Numbered from the whole stretch's first letter, positions 22,558-35,538 are shown. The stretch is DNA of 63,325 nucleotides, filler included, from Syncephalis fuscata S228 (GCA_025786725.1; 5 parts of 5 records of this genome joined end to end with filler, not necessarily neighbours in it); one strand, 5' to 3'. Notes: generated by a model not told the origin, from the letters alone. A program made the numbers and translations.

Positions 22558-23017
22558 TATTTTATTGAACTAAATATTTGTTCCATTGAACATGGAGCTG
22601 GGTGGTGAATGATGCTAATGATCAAAATATAATAACTTGAATACTTTACAGCAACAGCAACTATATGGATTAACATAATTATTAATATCATTTATTTATA
22701 TATTGCTTATACTATTACAATAAACTATAGTATTTATCAATCTAATATTATTTACCGCCTATTATGATTATACATGTATTAGCACATATACTAGCATATA
22801 GCATACAATGTCATAACTTTTTGGTCTGTCGTACAGCATACAGCATACAATGTCATAACTTTTTGACAGTTCTTAATTTAGTACTGCATATAGCCTATAT
22901 GCTGCTTAAAGCTTTTTTGGCAGTTCTTAATTTTAGTATTGCATATAGCATACAATGTCATAACTTTTTAGTTTGCCGTACAGTCTATATAATGTCATAA
23001 ATGCTACAATAATTATG

Positions 23018-23850
23018 ATTTATTAACCATTTAATGTGATTTGGGGGTCAAATGACTAAATTTAATAACATTCGCGCAATTGCACTGCACATTCAATCTA
23101 TTGAACATGGGGACAAGTGGTGAGTTTGATTTAATCGTCACATCATCACACTTATTGCTTTTTTGGGGGACAAATGACTAATATTTAATAACGCCCAATC
23201 TATTGAACATGATGATGGGTGGTGAGTGACATCAGTCATCAAATACTCGTCATCATAGATTCGTTATCCAGTATGCATATATCCACCATTTACCTATATC
23301 ATTCCCATTCTGGCCCACACTACTATGTATCATTCTACGATACACTAGACACATTTTATTGTTTATACGCGACAATATACTTTGCTCATTCCACTCATTC
23401 CACTATACACACTGTAACTTCAACATTGCTTTATGTGCTTTCTTACCGTACATTCATCATTTTATATACCATTCTATACTCGCATAGTTTTCCTCTACCC
23501 AAAACTACTTTCATTTTTGTCCTAGCACCATTATTAACAAATGTCGACTAATTCCGCTCATTGATCATGCATATATACGCAATAACTTCAACGGGGCTAA
23601 TCGTCTTTTCGCACAATATATTATTTATATTGTATATTGCTTTATTGTCTAGTAACTATGCGCTAAATATTGCAGCTGTCCTTTTTATTCTAGCTTTATT
23701 ATTAATAAAAGTCGACTAATTCCGCTCATTGATCATGCATATATGCTCAATAACTTTAACATTGCTAATCTCGCTCAATATTGCGTATTTAGTATAATGT
23801 TTATCATTTTATTATATATTGGCTATACGCTGTCTATAGCCGTTATCGGT
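23018..23850 (-). repeat. Dispersed AT-rich repeat family A, inverted copy
   Basis: Its reverse complement matches 50968-51630 and 24065-24330 (e.g. TATTGAACATGGGGACAAGTGGTGAG / CACCACTTGTCCCCATGTTCAATAGA). Confidence 0.85.
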
Positions 23851-24059
23851 ATGGTTCCAGTTCTTTTATTAATAAAAATTGACTTATTGCACTTAGTTTG
23901 TTCATTGAGTTATATTGATAGAACAAATGATATGAGTAGGAACGGAGTTATGTTTTATTAAGATTATTTATAAATAAACTAGATCATGCTAATTAGTTAT
24001 GGTTTTAATGTTGATCAAACAAAGTGATGGATATATATATATATAGCAATAACACATAA

Positions 24060-24980
24060 TGTGATAATATATGCATACTGGATAATGGATCTATAATAAT
24101 GAGTATTTGATGAGTGATGTCATTCACCACCCATCATCATGTTTAATAGATTGGGTGTTATTAAAAATAGCCATTTGACCACCAAAAAGCAATAAATGTG
24201 ATGATGTGATGATTAAATAAAATTCACCACTTGTCCCCATGTTCAATAGATTAAATGTGTAGTTTAACTGCGTAAATATTAGCAAGTTTAGTCATTTAAT
24301 CCCAAATCACATTAAATGGTTAATAAATTGTTTAATGTACAAAAATGACTACTTTATTTAATTAATAAATGAAGTTATATATGCAACATGATAATACAAG
24401 TCATAAATCGAACAACATTGTACATATAAATATTATAAACAAACTGAAATACAGATGAGGGAATTATTCAAGTGATGGAATAAAAGAAAGAATAAAGATT
24501 AATTGCATAAAAGCAAATATGACTATAGAGCAGTGTCAACAGTAAAACAATGAGTGTAATAGGAATGACAAGCAACAAACAGTAAAGACAAGTAGGTCCA
24601 TAGAACAATGTCATCAGTAAAGCAATGATTGTAATAAAAATAGTAAATGGCAAACAATAAACTACGTTAAATCATAGAATATGTCATCAGCAAAGTAATG
24701 ACAGCAGTGATAAAAAGGATATTTTGAATGGATTACTATTTAGAAAGTATTATTGCATAGTACTTTTAAGGCAGCATACGTAAAATATGACACATTGTAC
24801 ATTCAGAAGTCAAACGATGGCTTACTGGTTATATAAATAAAATGTATTTATTTTTACAAGTCTGAATTTATTACAATTGTGCGCGCAACTTGACTGAAGA
24901 AACAATCTACAATTTATTTGTATATTATATTTTTTATTTTTAAAAAGTAGGAGGCTCAAAGTAAAATAACTTCGAAAATT
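24060..24980 (+). repeat. Dispersed repeat family A copy
   Basis: Collinear with 51360-51965 and 38540-39370 (GAAATACAGATGAGGGAATT, TGAATGGATTACTATTTAGAAA, ATACGTAAAAT..GACACATTGTACATTCA). Confidence 0.85.
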
Positions 24981-24982
24981 AA

Positions 24983-25430
24983 ATTGTTGGATCGGCAAGT
25001 GAGAAGCGACGGTGAAATGCAGGCGCCAGGTCCAAGAGAAAGGCGACGCCAAACATAATGACCACCATAAGCCAGTCGACCATACGGAGCCATACTAGGC
25101 GACGGTAAGGGCGTAGCTGGCGCGGTAGAAGCATGCTAATGGTTATTGCAATTGCGTAGAGGTCAAAGGGGAATAAAATAAAAGGAAGCGATGGAGTTTG
25201 GCATAGCAATAATAGCGATGGCCATAACAGCAAATATTACTTGAAACAGTTTGTAGAACAAAAAACATGCCTTTGCAGAATATAAACCCAGATAGCAATC
25301 AGAAGCGCTGACGATTTAGTTTAGCAATAATAGCATGCTTTAGTATATACAAATGCCAATTAACTAATAAACAGCATATGTATTAGTGAATAAAGCATGG
25401 AGTAGTTACTAGATTGCTATACTAGTATTA
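24983..25430 (-). pseudogene. Duplicated promoter and 5' coding fragment of the PAP2 gene
   Basis: 448-bp direct repeat of 21572-22019 with about 9 substitutions by eye. The reading frame stops immediately at the junction with repeat A (…DPTI*). Confidence 0.85.
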
Positions 25431-26063
25431 CACTTTTAGTAAATAAAAATGAAGCTATTGTGCTTTGATTCTCATACAATTTCTTCTTATCATCAAATGC
25501 TTTTTACAACATTTTAAAAAGCGTTTGGCGGTAAGAAAAAATTGTACAAAAGTTAAAGTATCATTCAGCCATAAAAATTTGTCAATATCAATACTATTAT
25601 TAGAAATTAATTAATATAATTAATAATAAAATGTAAAAATAATATCATAAAATATTTATTGTGGTGTAGTTTATTGAATTAAAAAAATAAATAGTCATAG
25701 TTATGTTTAATGATTATTATTGTTTTGTCAATTAACATGGAAATTAGTAGTCTATTAATAAGTTTTAGTGCTAGTAAATAATAAATTTGTTGTTTATCAT
25801 TATGTGGTATATTTGATATGCTATTAGCATTATTTAAAATAGTCATCATTATTATTGTATGTGTAGTATATAACTTGGAAGTAAATAATTGTTGTCGTGT
25901 GTATTGACACTATTTTTATTGATAAATGATAAATTGCCGAATAAAAAGTATTAAAATGTGTAACACAAAATCGCAAAGGCTGAAATGCATAATCGTTTAA
26001 ATTTGTAGTATTGCTGTTGCTGTATTTTAAACGACTTTTTAACCTTTGACTTTGGGACCGATT

Positions 26064-27581
26064 ATGACTACGACTATCGATTTGAAAACATCATTTTTTA
26101 ACAAAGTCTCCTGTGAAATTTACTGGAGACTTGCAAAGTTTATGAACACATCAGAGGTTGTCAGTTTCTCAGCCACATGCCAACAAGCATTTCAATCCTT
26201 GTCAAATGAACCAAAACGACGAAAGCTACACTATTTAAAGCGATTTTCTTTAAATGACCAAAGTGAACTGGATTGGATTCGTGCTTATGTTGGAGGTAAT
26301 CAGCTCAGATGCGATAGAGGCATTCATTGGGAGCAAGCGTACAATTTCCGACTACAAATTGAAGAGAACATAAAGAAAAAACGCTATACAGAATGCGATA
26401 TTAAACTGGATGAACAGCTGACAAATTCCAGTGTTGTATATTCAGATACACGACTGGCATTAATATTTTGCTTACCAAAGCAAATCCTTGGATTTGTGCG
26501 TTATTTATACGATAGCAAGCCAGACGCTCAATTTCCCCAATGTTCTCATTTACATATTCGCATACTACGCGTTCCTACCGACTCTTGGCTGAATCATGGT
26601 GGTGTTTTCCAAAGAAATGACCATTATTTTACTGTTTACAGCCAAGGACATCATTTTGTTTATCCAATTCAGCGTGGTTTATCATTTGAAATCAATTTAA
26701 AAGATTATAGTAACGCCATTGCTAACAATACTAGCCGAACACTAATGGAACAATTTCAACAGAAAACTGAATGGTTTTTATGGGACATAAAAAGACCTTG
26801 GTGTCTTTTATTACACAATATTTGTCGACAAAGAAATGCAAAGAATTTCAGCTTTTACAATATAAATCAGCGGCGTTGGTATCCATATAACATTGTAATT
26901 ACACAAAGCAATGTAGAGGTATTGCTTTTTGATACAAGCACCGATTATGCTATTTGTGCCACTGCTTTTACAGATGAAAACGATCGCAAACTAGCCATTC
27001 AGCTATGGCAAATATGTAGCGGTGGCGACATGGTTAAGTGTATTTATCATGCTACCATGCCAATTCCTGCTGGAAAAAACAACTACAGGGTCATGCTAAA
27101 TAATCTAAACGACCATCGCCTACTTGTTAAAGTACAAATGGGGCTAGATTATATAATCATGTTGATAAAGCCCAATTATCTGGAAAACACGTCAGGTACA
27201 ATTGTAGATTTAGTTGATCATGGTTTAGTATGGCAACGTTTATTTACTGAACATCCGCACCAGCTATTCTCAGTGTTACGCGATAATCGCCATGTATTAC
27301 AATTTGTTGAACAAGGAATGTATAATATATACGATATTAATACAGGCACTTATTTGAATAACATGAAAATAAACCTAGAATGCATGCCTGTCCATTTAAT
27401 TGGCAATCTGTACATGGTACGCATCAATTCAGAAAAGCATTTTGTTACCGATGGCATCGGCGGCATTCCTGCATCTGATCACGTAATTCTTTGGAATGAA
27501 GGGCTAAATCTACGTCGTTGGGTATTTGTAAAACTGGATATATCTCGACAATTTCTAACTGTTCGCCATTATCTTTCATAA
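26064..27581 (+). CDS. Intronless F-box-like protein of a lineage-expanded family
   Basis: N-terminal F-box-like segment (VSCEIYWRLAKFMNTSEVVSFSATCQ). Shares F.L.D..E.DW, W..AY..R, YNINQRRW and IYDINTG.YL motifs with 52287-54521. Confidence 0.65.
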   Translation: MTTTIDLKTSFFNKVSCEIYWRLAKFMNTSEVVSFSATCQQAFQSLSNEPKRRKLHYLKRFSLNDQSELDWIRAYVGGNQLRCDRGIHWEQAYNFRLQIEENIKKKRYTECDIKLDEQLTNSSVVYSDTRLALIFCLPKQILGFVRYLYDSKPDAQFPQCSHLHIRILRVPTDSWLNHGGVFQRNDHYFTVYSQGHHFVYPIQRGLSFEINLKDYSNAIANNTSRTLMEQFQQKTEWFLWDIKRPWCLLLHNICRQRNAKNFSFYNINQRRWYPYNIVITQSNVEVLLFDTSTDYAICATAFTDENDRKLAIQLWQICSGGDMVKCIYHATMPIPAGKNNYRVMLNNLNDHRLLVKVQMGLDYIIMLIKPNYLENTSGTIVDLVDHGLVWQRLFTEHPHQLFSVLRDNRHVLQFVEQGMYNIYDINTGTYLNNMKINLECMPVHLIGNLYMVRINSEKHFVTDGIGGIPASDHVILWNEGLNLRRWVFVKLDISRQFLTVRHYLS

Positions 27582-27839
27582 ATTCATCGTGTAATGACAT
27601 TACAAACAATAGATATAAGTGTGTATACTTAGTAAAAAGTAATAGCAACTATAACTAAAGCATACATATAAATTAGATTAAAATTGACCATTGATATTAA
27701 CAATACAGTTAAACTAAAGTGTAAATGGCCAGTAATACAAATCATTATCATTATAAATAAAACAACAAATAAAGCGCTAATTATAAAATTATAATACACC
27801 ATTTGGTTGATATTTACTTTAACCCCTGAAGCAACAAAT

Positions 27840-28230
27840 ATTTCTATGCAATCGATTGTAATGAATTGATTAGATTAAATTGTGTTTAAATCATCATTTA
27901 CAATAAATATTAATGTAATATAACAACATTATCATTCCCATAGAATAGAATTAAATGTAACAGAACATTGTATCAGTAATAATATTAAACATTTAAATAA
28001 ACAATGTAACATACTATTTGATTTCTTTGGAACATTTGAGGCTGATTATTGTTGTTGTTGGCCATGTGTAGAAAGATTGATTGAATATTAATAGAAGCCA
28101 TATGATCGCAATTCCATGTCATTCCACATTGATTGTTGTTGCATCTATGTACAACATGGATTATTGCATTTAAATGATCTCTTTTATTTTCTAATATTCT
28201 ACTATTGCATTATGGGCATATTTATGATGT
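27840..28230 (+). repeat. Dispersed AT-rich repeat family B
   Basis: The core GTTGGCCATGTGTAGAAAGATTGAT.GAATATTAATAGAA recurs at ~41785-41935 (+), ~37890-38112 (-) and ~44560-44950 (-). Confidence 0.85.
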
Positions 28231-29186
28231 AAGATCAATATTAATATAATTAGTATAGATGCTGTTTATTAAACAGTCATCTTCTTATAGTCAATCTACT
28301 AAATAAATGCCATTTGAACAATTAATATCATAATGACAATATATATATATATTAAAACATAATAAAGAAGCTAACTAATTACATTATTGTATTGAAAATT
28401 ACACATGATTAGTCAATGCTGGATGTAATATTATACATGTTATTGTGATGAGTGAATGTTTAATCGTATTTAAAAGTAAAGGGGTGAAAGGAGCAATAAA
28501 AGATGTGGGAGTCAAGATACAGTAAAACATTAAAGCCATTTAATACTAAAAGCATTGTTATAGAGCATACTACCAATAAATTACTGAATGTAATAGGAAA
28601 TGCAATCAAGTCAATGTTTCTTAAAAACAAGTGTAGTCATAGAAGTGTCATTATTAAAATAATGAAATATAATCATATTCTAGAGATGGAACGATAGATT
28701 AATAAATTAAATGAATGAATAATAGTGCGATGTTAATGCCAGCAGAAACATGCAAGTATATTCAGTACAATGGCGTGGTGAATCAAGGTCTTCTGATTTC
28801 TTACCACCTACTATTATAAGAAATTAAACTGACACTGTCGCATAACATCGTAATTAATTATAGTATTTTATTGTAAGTAACATGAAATACTATTTAATAT
28901 CTGTTTTAATATTGAAAATAGTGCAGATTAATTGACTCCAATTGATTCAATCGGGTTGATATGGCACTGCTTCAATAAACCACTTCTCAGTAGTAAAACT
29001 GATCGACGATTTATCATTCGAGTTATTGATCTTTTTATCCTAGTTTAAGAATAGAAACTTAAAGGAATAGCTCCTTTTTATCAATACCTTCGGTTATTAC
29101 AACTTATAGTAAACAAATCCTTTCTATCCTCAAATTACACTTACTACACGTACTTTCCTTTACGCTTTACTTGCTCTGGTCACAGC

Positions 29187-32100
29187 ATGGAGGGGAAAGT
29201 ATGTAAACTATGGGTTCATAATGAACGCTTCTCTTCCAAGGAAGTGGTCATTCATCCAGATCTTTACCTTGTCTTCAACCGGCCAGCTACTAGAGATTCG
29301 GCCAGTGGAAAATACTCGACAACCCGTAGCCATTCCACAGCCTGGCGGAGAGACGCGTCTTTTTGAACGTCGCATTATTGTAGTGTATGAGCCGCCTGAT
29401 CCCGAGATTACACGTAAACAGCCACAGCTTCAAGTAATACTGCTAAACAATAACATAAAATGAACTAAATTAATTACTGATACGTGTACAGATATCATTA
29501 ACCAATCATATGACCACAACATTTGGTCTACCCAACTGGTCCGATGTTACTGTTTTACCTGTAAGTGCTAGTTGTACATAATATATATATATAATATATA
29601 GTAATAATAATAATAATAATAATACAATATTAGGTGGAATCAGATGCAGCCACTGCCGAATTTGTTCTACTTACGTTCCGTGACCAATATCTTGGACGCA
29701 ATGATATGTGGCGTTTACGACTAAGCTTAATCGGCAAATCAGTATATATAAGCCAACGTGTTTTATTTGCCGGATGTATACGAGCACAAGTCAGCGATAT
29801 CTATATTAATGGTCGACCAGTAAGTAATGGCAGTATAAAACAGGCTATAACTAACTAATATAATCCAGGCGGCCAGTGCACTTATTGGCGAAAGTACACG
29901 TGTCATATTCCGTTCAGAATCAGCTAAATTCTTTATTCTTATTCAAATGAGCAAAGAAATGTGGGAGTTTGATGACGATGGACAATTATTCTACGAAAAA
30001 GTAACACACCAATTTTTGCCAGAACTGTTCAAACGTTGGAAGTCAATATCGGCCAATCATGTTGTTTGTATTGTATTATTTACACGTATCTACTATGACT
30101 TTATGGAACCCGATTTTACACCATGTACAGCCTGTGATCAGCAACCTCGCTGGTATAAAGACTATTATAAAGTATTAGTCGATTGGGAGACGCGTAATGA
30201 CTGGTCTCAAGTATTGCCGACATTGAAAAGAGAACAAACAGAATTTAAACGAGCCGTATTAACCCGTGATACATCGTCGTATACTGCAGCTATTGGTACC
30301 ATTTCTACAGCTAGAGATGGCAATATACTAGAAGCTATTGGACTAGCCTTAAATACCTTTGATCGGCATTATGTTGATCGTGATCTACTTCGAACTGGTC
30401 AAGCTATTATGGTACTTACACCAGGTGCTGGCTATTTTGAAGTGGACAAAAAGTTACTACGATTAACTGCTGAACGTATGTTTGACAGCGGTATTGCCTT
30501 AGATCTTGTATGTTTGGATCAAATACCTCTTCATGCTGCACCGTTATTCAAATTCAAATCAGGCAAACCAATATCCAATCTTGGCAATATTAAAGATGGA
30601 TCAGTAATGCATAGTAAAATAGGAGCTTATTCAATGTCTGTACGAGGCAACCACCACCGGCTACCCAATCTATACCACCTTCACGCTCCAATGCATTTAC
30701 ATATATAGAAATGGATCCATTACAATACGATGAAATGACCTCAGACAACACTAAACAAATTTATTATGCCTGGCCTCATTGGATTGTTGTAAGCTTTTAT
30801 GGAAGAAAGCGACCAAAATTACAGACATCTCGATTAAAAGCACTTAAATACAGCAATCGATTTATGCCTACTTGTCGTATTCCAGGGGCACAAACATTTA
30901 ATTTACTGGCGAGTGATATTATACTTGGTGCACCACGCTATTTAACCGATAGCGAAGAGGAGGAGGAGGAGGAGGAGGAGGAGGAAGAAGAGGAGGAAGA
31001 GGAGGAGGAAGACAAAGTAAAGCTAGAAGAAGAGTCAAAAAACAACAGCTAGCCAATGATGGTCGTAATACTGATACAGCATCCATTGTAACAGCTAATA
31101 CTAAAGTTAAATCTAAAAGAAAAAGACATCTAAAGGCAATCAAGTAGAGTTAGCATTAAAGATGGATAAAGCCGATCAATATGACAAAAATGTATTTAAA
31201 TCAATTCAACGTGTTAGACTTGTATTTCCCTCTTCTTGGTATACCGGTCGTCGACGAGGCAGTCAAGCCTTACCACAAAACTCACATCCACGATTTAAAT
31301 ATGAAGCATCGTTATCAGGTCATCAAACTAGTGAAGATATCACATCGAGGATACGTAGTCCATTATCGAGAAGTGCACCTCGTATTGGATGGGCCGATCT
31401 AACAAGGCCTAGACGTCCTTCAAGTCCACGGGCTTACCATCGTAGTGATGACGGTCCTGGCCTATTAAATACTGGCACTGCCACATCAGCCACCGCTATA
31501 CCTACTGTCAATACTGATATAGCACCTATCAACCCAACTAATAGCACCACAGCAGCTATTATGATGACCCGACCACGCCGCATATCCACAGAAGATGATA
31601 TTCATACCAGTCATTTAGACGTATCTGATGGTAAGCAATAATAGATTATTATTAATAGCAATAGTACTAATAGCATTTATATTTTAGAAGATGATGGTTT
31701 ATTTCCTAGTTCTAGTACAGTTCAGCCTATTCAAATCAATCCGGAATCAACATTAACACATCACCGATTCCGTTCGAATGTTACTACCAATCATCGACAT
31801 CGACATGGATCACCACAAACAAGTCTATCCAATTCGCCCTCACGTTTATCTCGATCAGTTGAAATTAATCAACAACAGCAGCAACAACAAACATCACAAC
31901 AACAACAATCTCAACAATCACAGCAACAGCAATCGCAACAGTCATCTCAACAACAGCCACCACTACCGCATCAACATCATCGATCTTCACCTAATCGACC
32001 ATATTCTCAACTAGTTAAGCAAACACTATTAAATCCATCTCGTGCTCTTCATGGCAGTATACGCCAAAATGATCATTTACGGCGATGGGAACACATATAT

Positions 32101-34699
32101 CCAGTAGTACGTCCATTAACGCTTGATATGGATTGGACATCATTATGTACACCGGCTTGTTTACCTATTGGCACGGATGTATTTCCCACTCCAGCTGAAC
32201 TGGCTGAACAGTATCAAGAACATGTTTATACCGTATCGCCTAACGATGAACTGGTAGAGAGAACATTTCAATTCATCAGGATATTGGACAATTTACTGAA
32301 ACGCTAATTAAAGAGTTGATAGCTCAGCGGCTATCACAAGGATTTCAATTAATAGATGCAGGATTAATGAAACAGCCACAGCATCGATCATCAGGAGCAT
32401 TTCTAGCCTCTAATATCAATGATGCCATGAAAACATCATTATTGCACGGTGGATTGACTAGCTATACAGAAGCGCGTACTTCACCTTTATTGCCATCGCT
32501 GCCTTTAGCCTCTTCGTCCTCATCGCTTATATCGGCACAGCCATCAGCGACAACTACAACCACCACCAATACCTCTACCTCTAATCATTGGCGATTACCA
32601 TTCGAACTAGGTCGTAAGGCACATGAATTATATAAAACACCTACTGCCACAAGTACTGCCAATACGGTGAATAGTACAACGACTTCAATTAATAGTGCGA
32701 CTAATTCGGCAATCACCTCGAATGCATTGTCGTCATTTGCTGCAACGGCTCATTATCTTAGTATGGGTCACCATATTCATCGATTGGTCTATGATCCGTC
32801 AATAGAAATGTTGAAGTTAAACGATATGTACGTAAACTTGATTACTCACCTGATCCAATCACCTATCGATTTGCCGTATGGCCTAAAGCACAAGATGGAT
32901 TTGAATCTAAATCGGTTAAATTCAATTATCCACAAGTATCACTGTATAATTGGAACTATCTCGATCATTTAGTGGCTGGCTATCAAGAAGAAATGACCGA
33001 ATCATTACGCTTTTGGCGTACCCGATTTATTCTTATTCCAATGGAGACCGTAGTGACGAATACACATACGCTACGAGACCACAACATCAGATGACAATTA
33101 AATGAAGAAGAAATGCGATTAAATGGATTACTCGATTCTTGGAACAATTTGAACGAGTTCGATGGTCATCTACTCGTGTACAAGCGCCGAATGTGATAAA
33201 CGGACTCGCCGACAGCCTATAACAGTTGGGGTATTTCATTAACTACATTTAGTACAACATCGTATTTAGAGAATGAAGCTCGTACACGTTCTAATCACCA
33301 ATCAGAACAGCACAGCAACACCAACAGCAATCCTATGTCGCCGTGCATCACTATAGCCACTGATACATTACAAAGATGCTAAATTAACCTCTATTGCCGT
33401 AGCTATTAAAGATCCGGCCTCTGGTGTACGTATGCAGGATCGATGGTGGCATTTACGTCTATTTCAAGATGTTTTTTTGGGCAATGAATTGGTCGATTGG
33501 TTATTACGCGTATTTGATCAAATTGATACAAGAGCAGAAGCAGTAGAGTTTGGTAATCAACTAATGGATGCCGGTCTATTTGAGCATTGTACGCATCGAC
33601 ATCGATTATTAGATGGTCACTATTTCTATCGATTACAGGATGATTATGCGCCACCACCCTCGAACAGCACACGAGGATGGCTACAGAGAGCAATGCGTAT
33701 ATTACCGAGTGAAACGATACCGGAGACGGCATCAATAGCTAATTCACTACATTCCACAAATAGTCATAATAATAGTGGCGGCAATAGTGCTTTTAATAGT
33801 GTGGCCTCGTCGTTCAAAGGCCCATATCCCGTCGAGTTATCCCGTCGTATGATGATTAATCTGGATACACAACAATGGAGTGATCGACAAGAAACGGCCA
33901 TTCTTCATTATGATGTGGTGCATAATCCACGTAATTGTTATCATTTCCAATTAAATTGGTTAGGCTGTACTGCTCATTTAATTGAAGATTTATTACAATC
34001 ATGGGCTAGAACCGCGGAAAAGTGTGGACTACGATTAGTGGAGGCGCCGGTGGATCAAGAGAGACCCGACGCCGATGACAATCCATTCCAGTCACCGGTA
34101 GAGATTAACTTGGCCATAGCACCACCATCTACGATTGAATTAAAGAAACGTTACCCGTGTCGGTAGCAGTACCGGATACATTCTTTGAAGTTGAATTAGC
34201 TAAACATTTTGGATTTATTTTAGATGTTGAAGCAGACACATCAATTCCATCAGATATTCAAGTTATTTACTCATATCATCATAATCCATACAGATATGCG
34301 CAATATGTTCATCAATCAGGCGTGGCCTTTATTATGGTGTGTAAAGAGCCACATAGTTATTTATGGGTCAACAATCGACTCTATACATCCCATGTATATC
34401 ATCAACAACAACAGCAGCAGCAACAGCAACATCAACATTTGTCTGGATCACTATTAAGCGGATCTTCACGTATATCATCTTCGTCATCAATGGCCTATCC
34501 AGATCCGGATAAACTTCGACAGGAATTTGTAGCCTTTTGTCAAAACAAACAGAGATTACAAGAGTTTTGGAATCATACTATTGATACGCTATTGGCCACT
34601 TCAGATGTTGAAGCTATTACTACCGATGGACCTGAACGTATTCAAGCACCTGATATACTCGATTCACGCGATGTAGTACTAGCCAGAACCAAGGAATAA
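29187..34699 (+). CDS. IML1: GATOR1/SEACIT subunit Iml1/DEPDC5, multi-exon, with several apparent 1-bp frameshifts
   Basis: LWVHN, FRDQYLGRNDMWR, FRSESAKFFILIQMSKEMWEFD, LNTFDRHYVDRDLLRTG, WTSLCTPACLP, LIAQRLSQGFQL, a DEP domain (FLGNELVDWLL...LLDGHYFY), YVHQSGVAF. Confidence 0.93.
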
Positions 34700-34827
34700 T
34701 ATCCATAGTGTTAATATTTGTATTTCATTTATACCCATAAGTGGGATGTTTATAATTGTATTGTCGTATTAATGAGTATTAATAAACAATTAAATATAAA
34801 TGTAATCATTTATTTATCAATTAAGAT

Positions 34828-35538
34828 CTAAGCAGTAGCAGAAGTAGAAGTAGTAGGAGTAGATGTTGGCATACGATAATGACCTAGATCAACAAGATCA
34901 AAACGGCGTTTACGTGGCAATGTTGGATCCACGGGGAATTTATCTTCTCTCTAATGCAATGCCTACGTATTTTCTTTTTGGATATTTAGGATTCGTATAA
35001 AATTTGACATAGCCATCAATAAGGGCGTATAATGTATGATCACGTCCCATACCAACCTATAATATATAAAATAATATATAATAATAGTATTAGTATATAT
35101 ATATGTATGTATGTATTGGATATGTACTTATTGATTACTACTTACATTGACACCAGGGTGGAATTGTGTACCGCGTTGACGTATAATAATATTACCAGGA
35201 ATGACTGGATGATCTATTGATAACATAATAAATATTTGTATTAAAGTGTCTATATTTCTATTACCTTGATGTTTCTTAACACCTAGTCGACGACCTGCCG
35301 AATCACGACCATTTCTTGAAGAACCACCGCTACGTTTGGTAGCCCAACGAATCTGTTGTACACCTAGTATTTATATACTACAGATCAGTACTGAATCACG
35401 TATTTATTTACTACTTATTGATTATGGCATTTACTTACTGTGAATCACAGCCAGACAAGGAAGTGTAGCCCGAACAATTACGTTAGAGGCAAGTCCCGTA
35501 ACCGTTGGTGATTGACGGAAAATGGCCGGTAGTAGCAT
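34828..35538 (-). CDS. MRP7: Mitochondrial ribosomal protein bL27m, multi-exon
   Basis: [63 protein letters not shown]. Confidence 0.92.

Noticed and set aside
22764-24653. Hydrophobic short ORFs (22764, 23219, 23743, 24468; also 38239, 38730, 50737)
   Set aside because: They lie in AT-rich repeat or intergenic DNA, and their Ile/Leu/Phe/Tyr bias reflects base composition.
21572-25430. LTR retrotransposon (direct repeats flanking 3 kb)
   Set aside because: The repeats consist of PAP2 gene sequence, and no TG...CA ends, PBS/PPT or gag/pol remnants are seen.
29187-34699. Programmed ribosomal frameshifting or true pseudogenisation of IML1
   Set aside because: The breaks examined are one-base losses in homopolymers with no shared slippery motif, and the protein sequence is otherwise well conserved.
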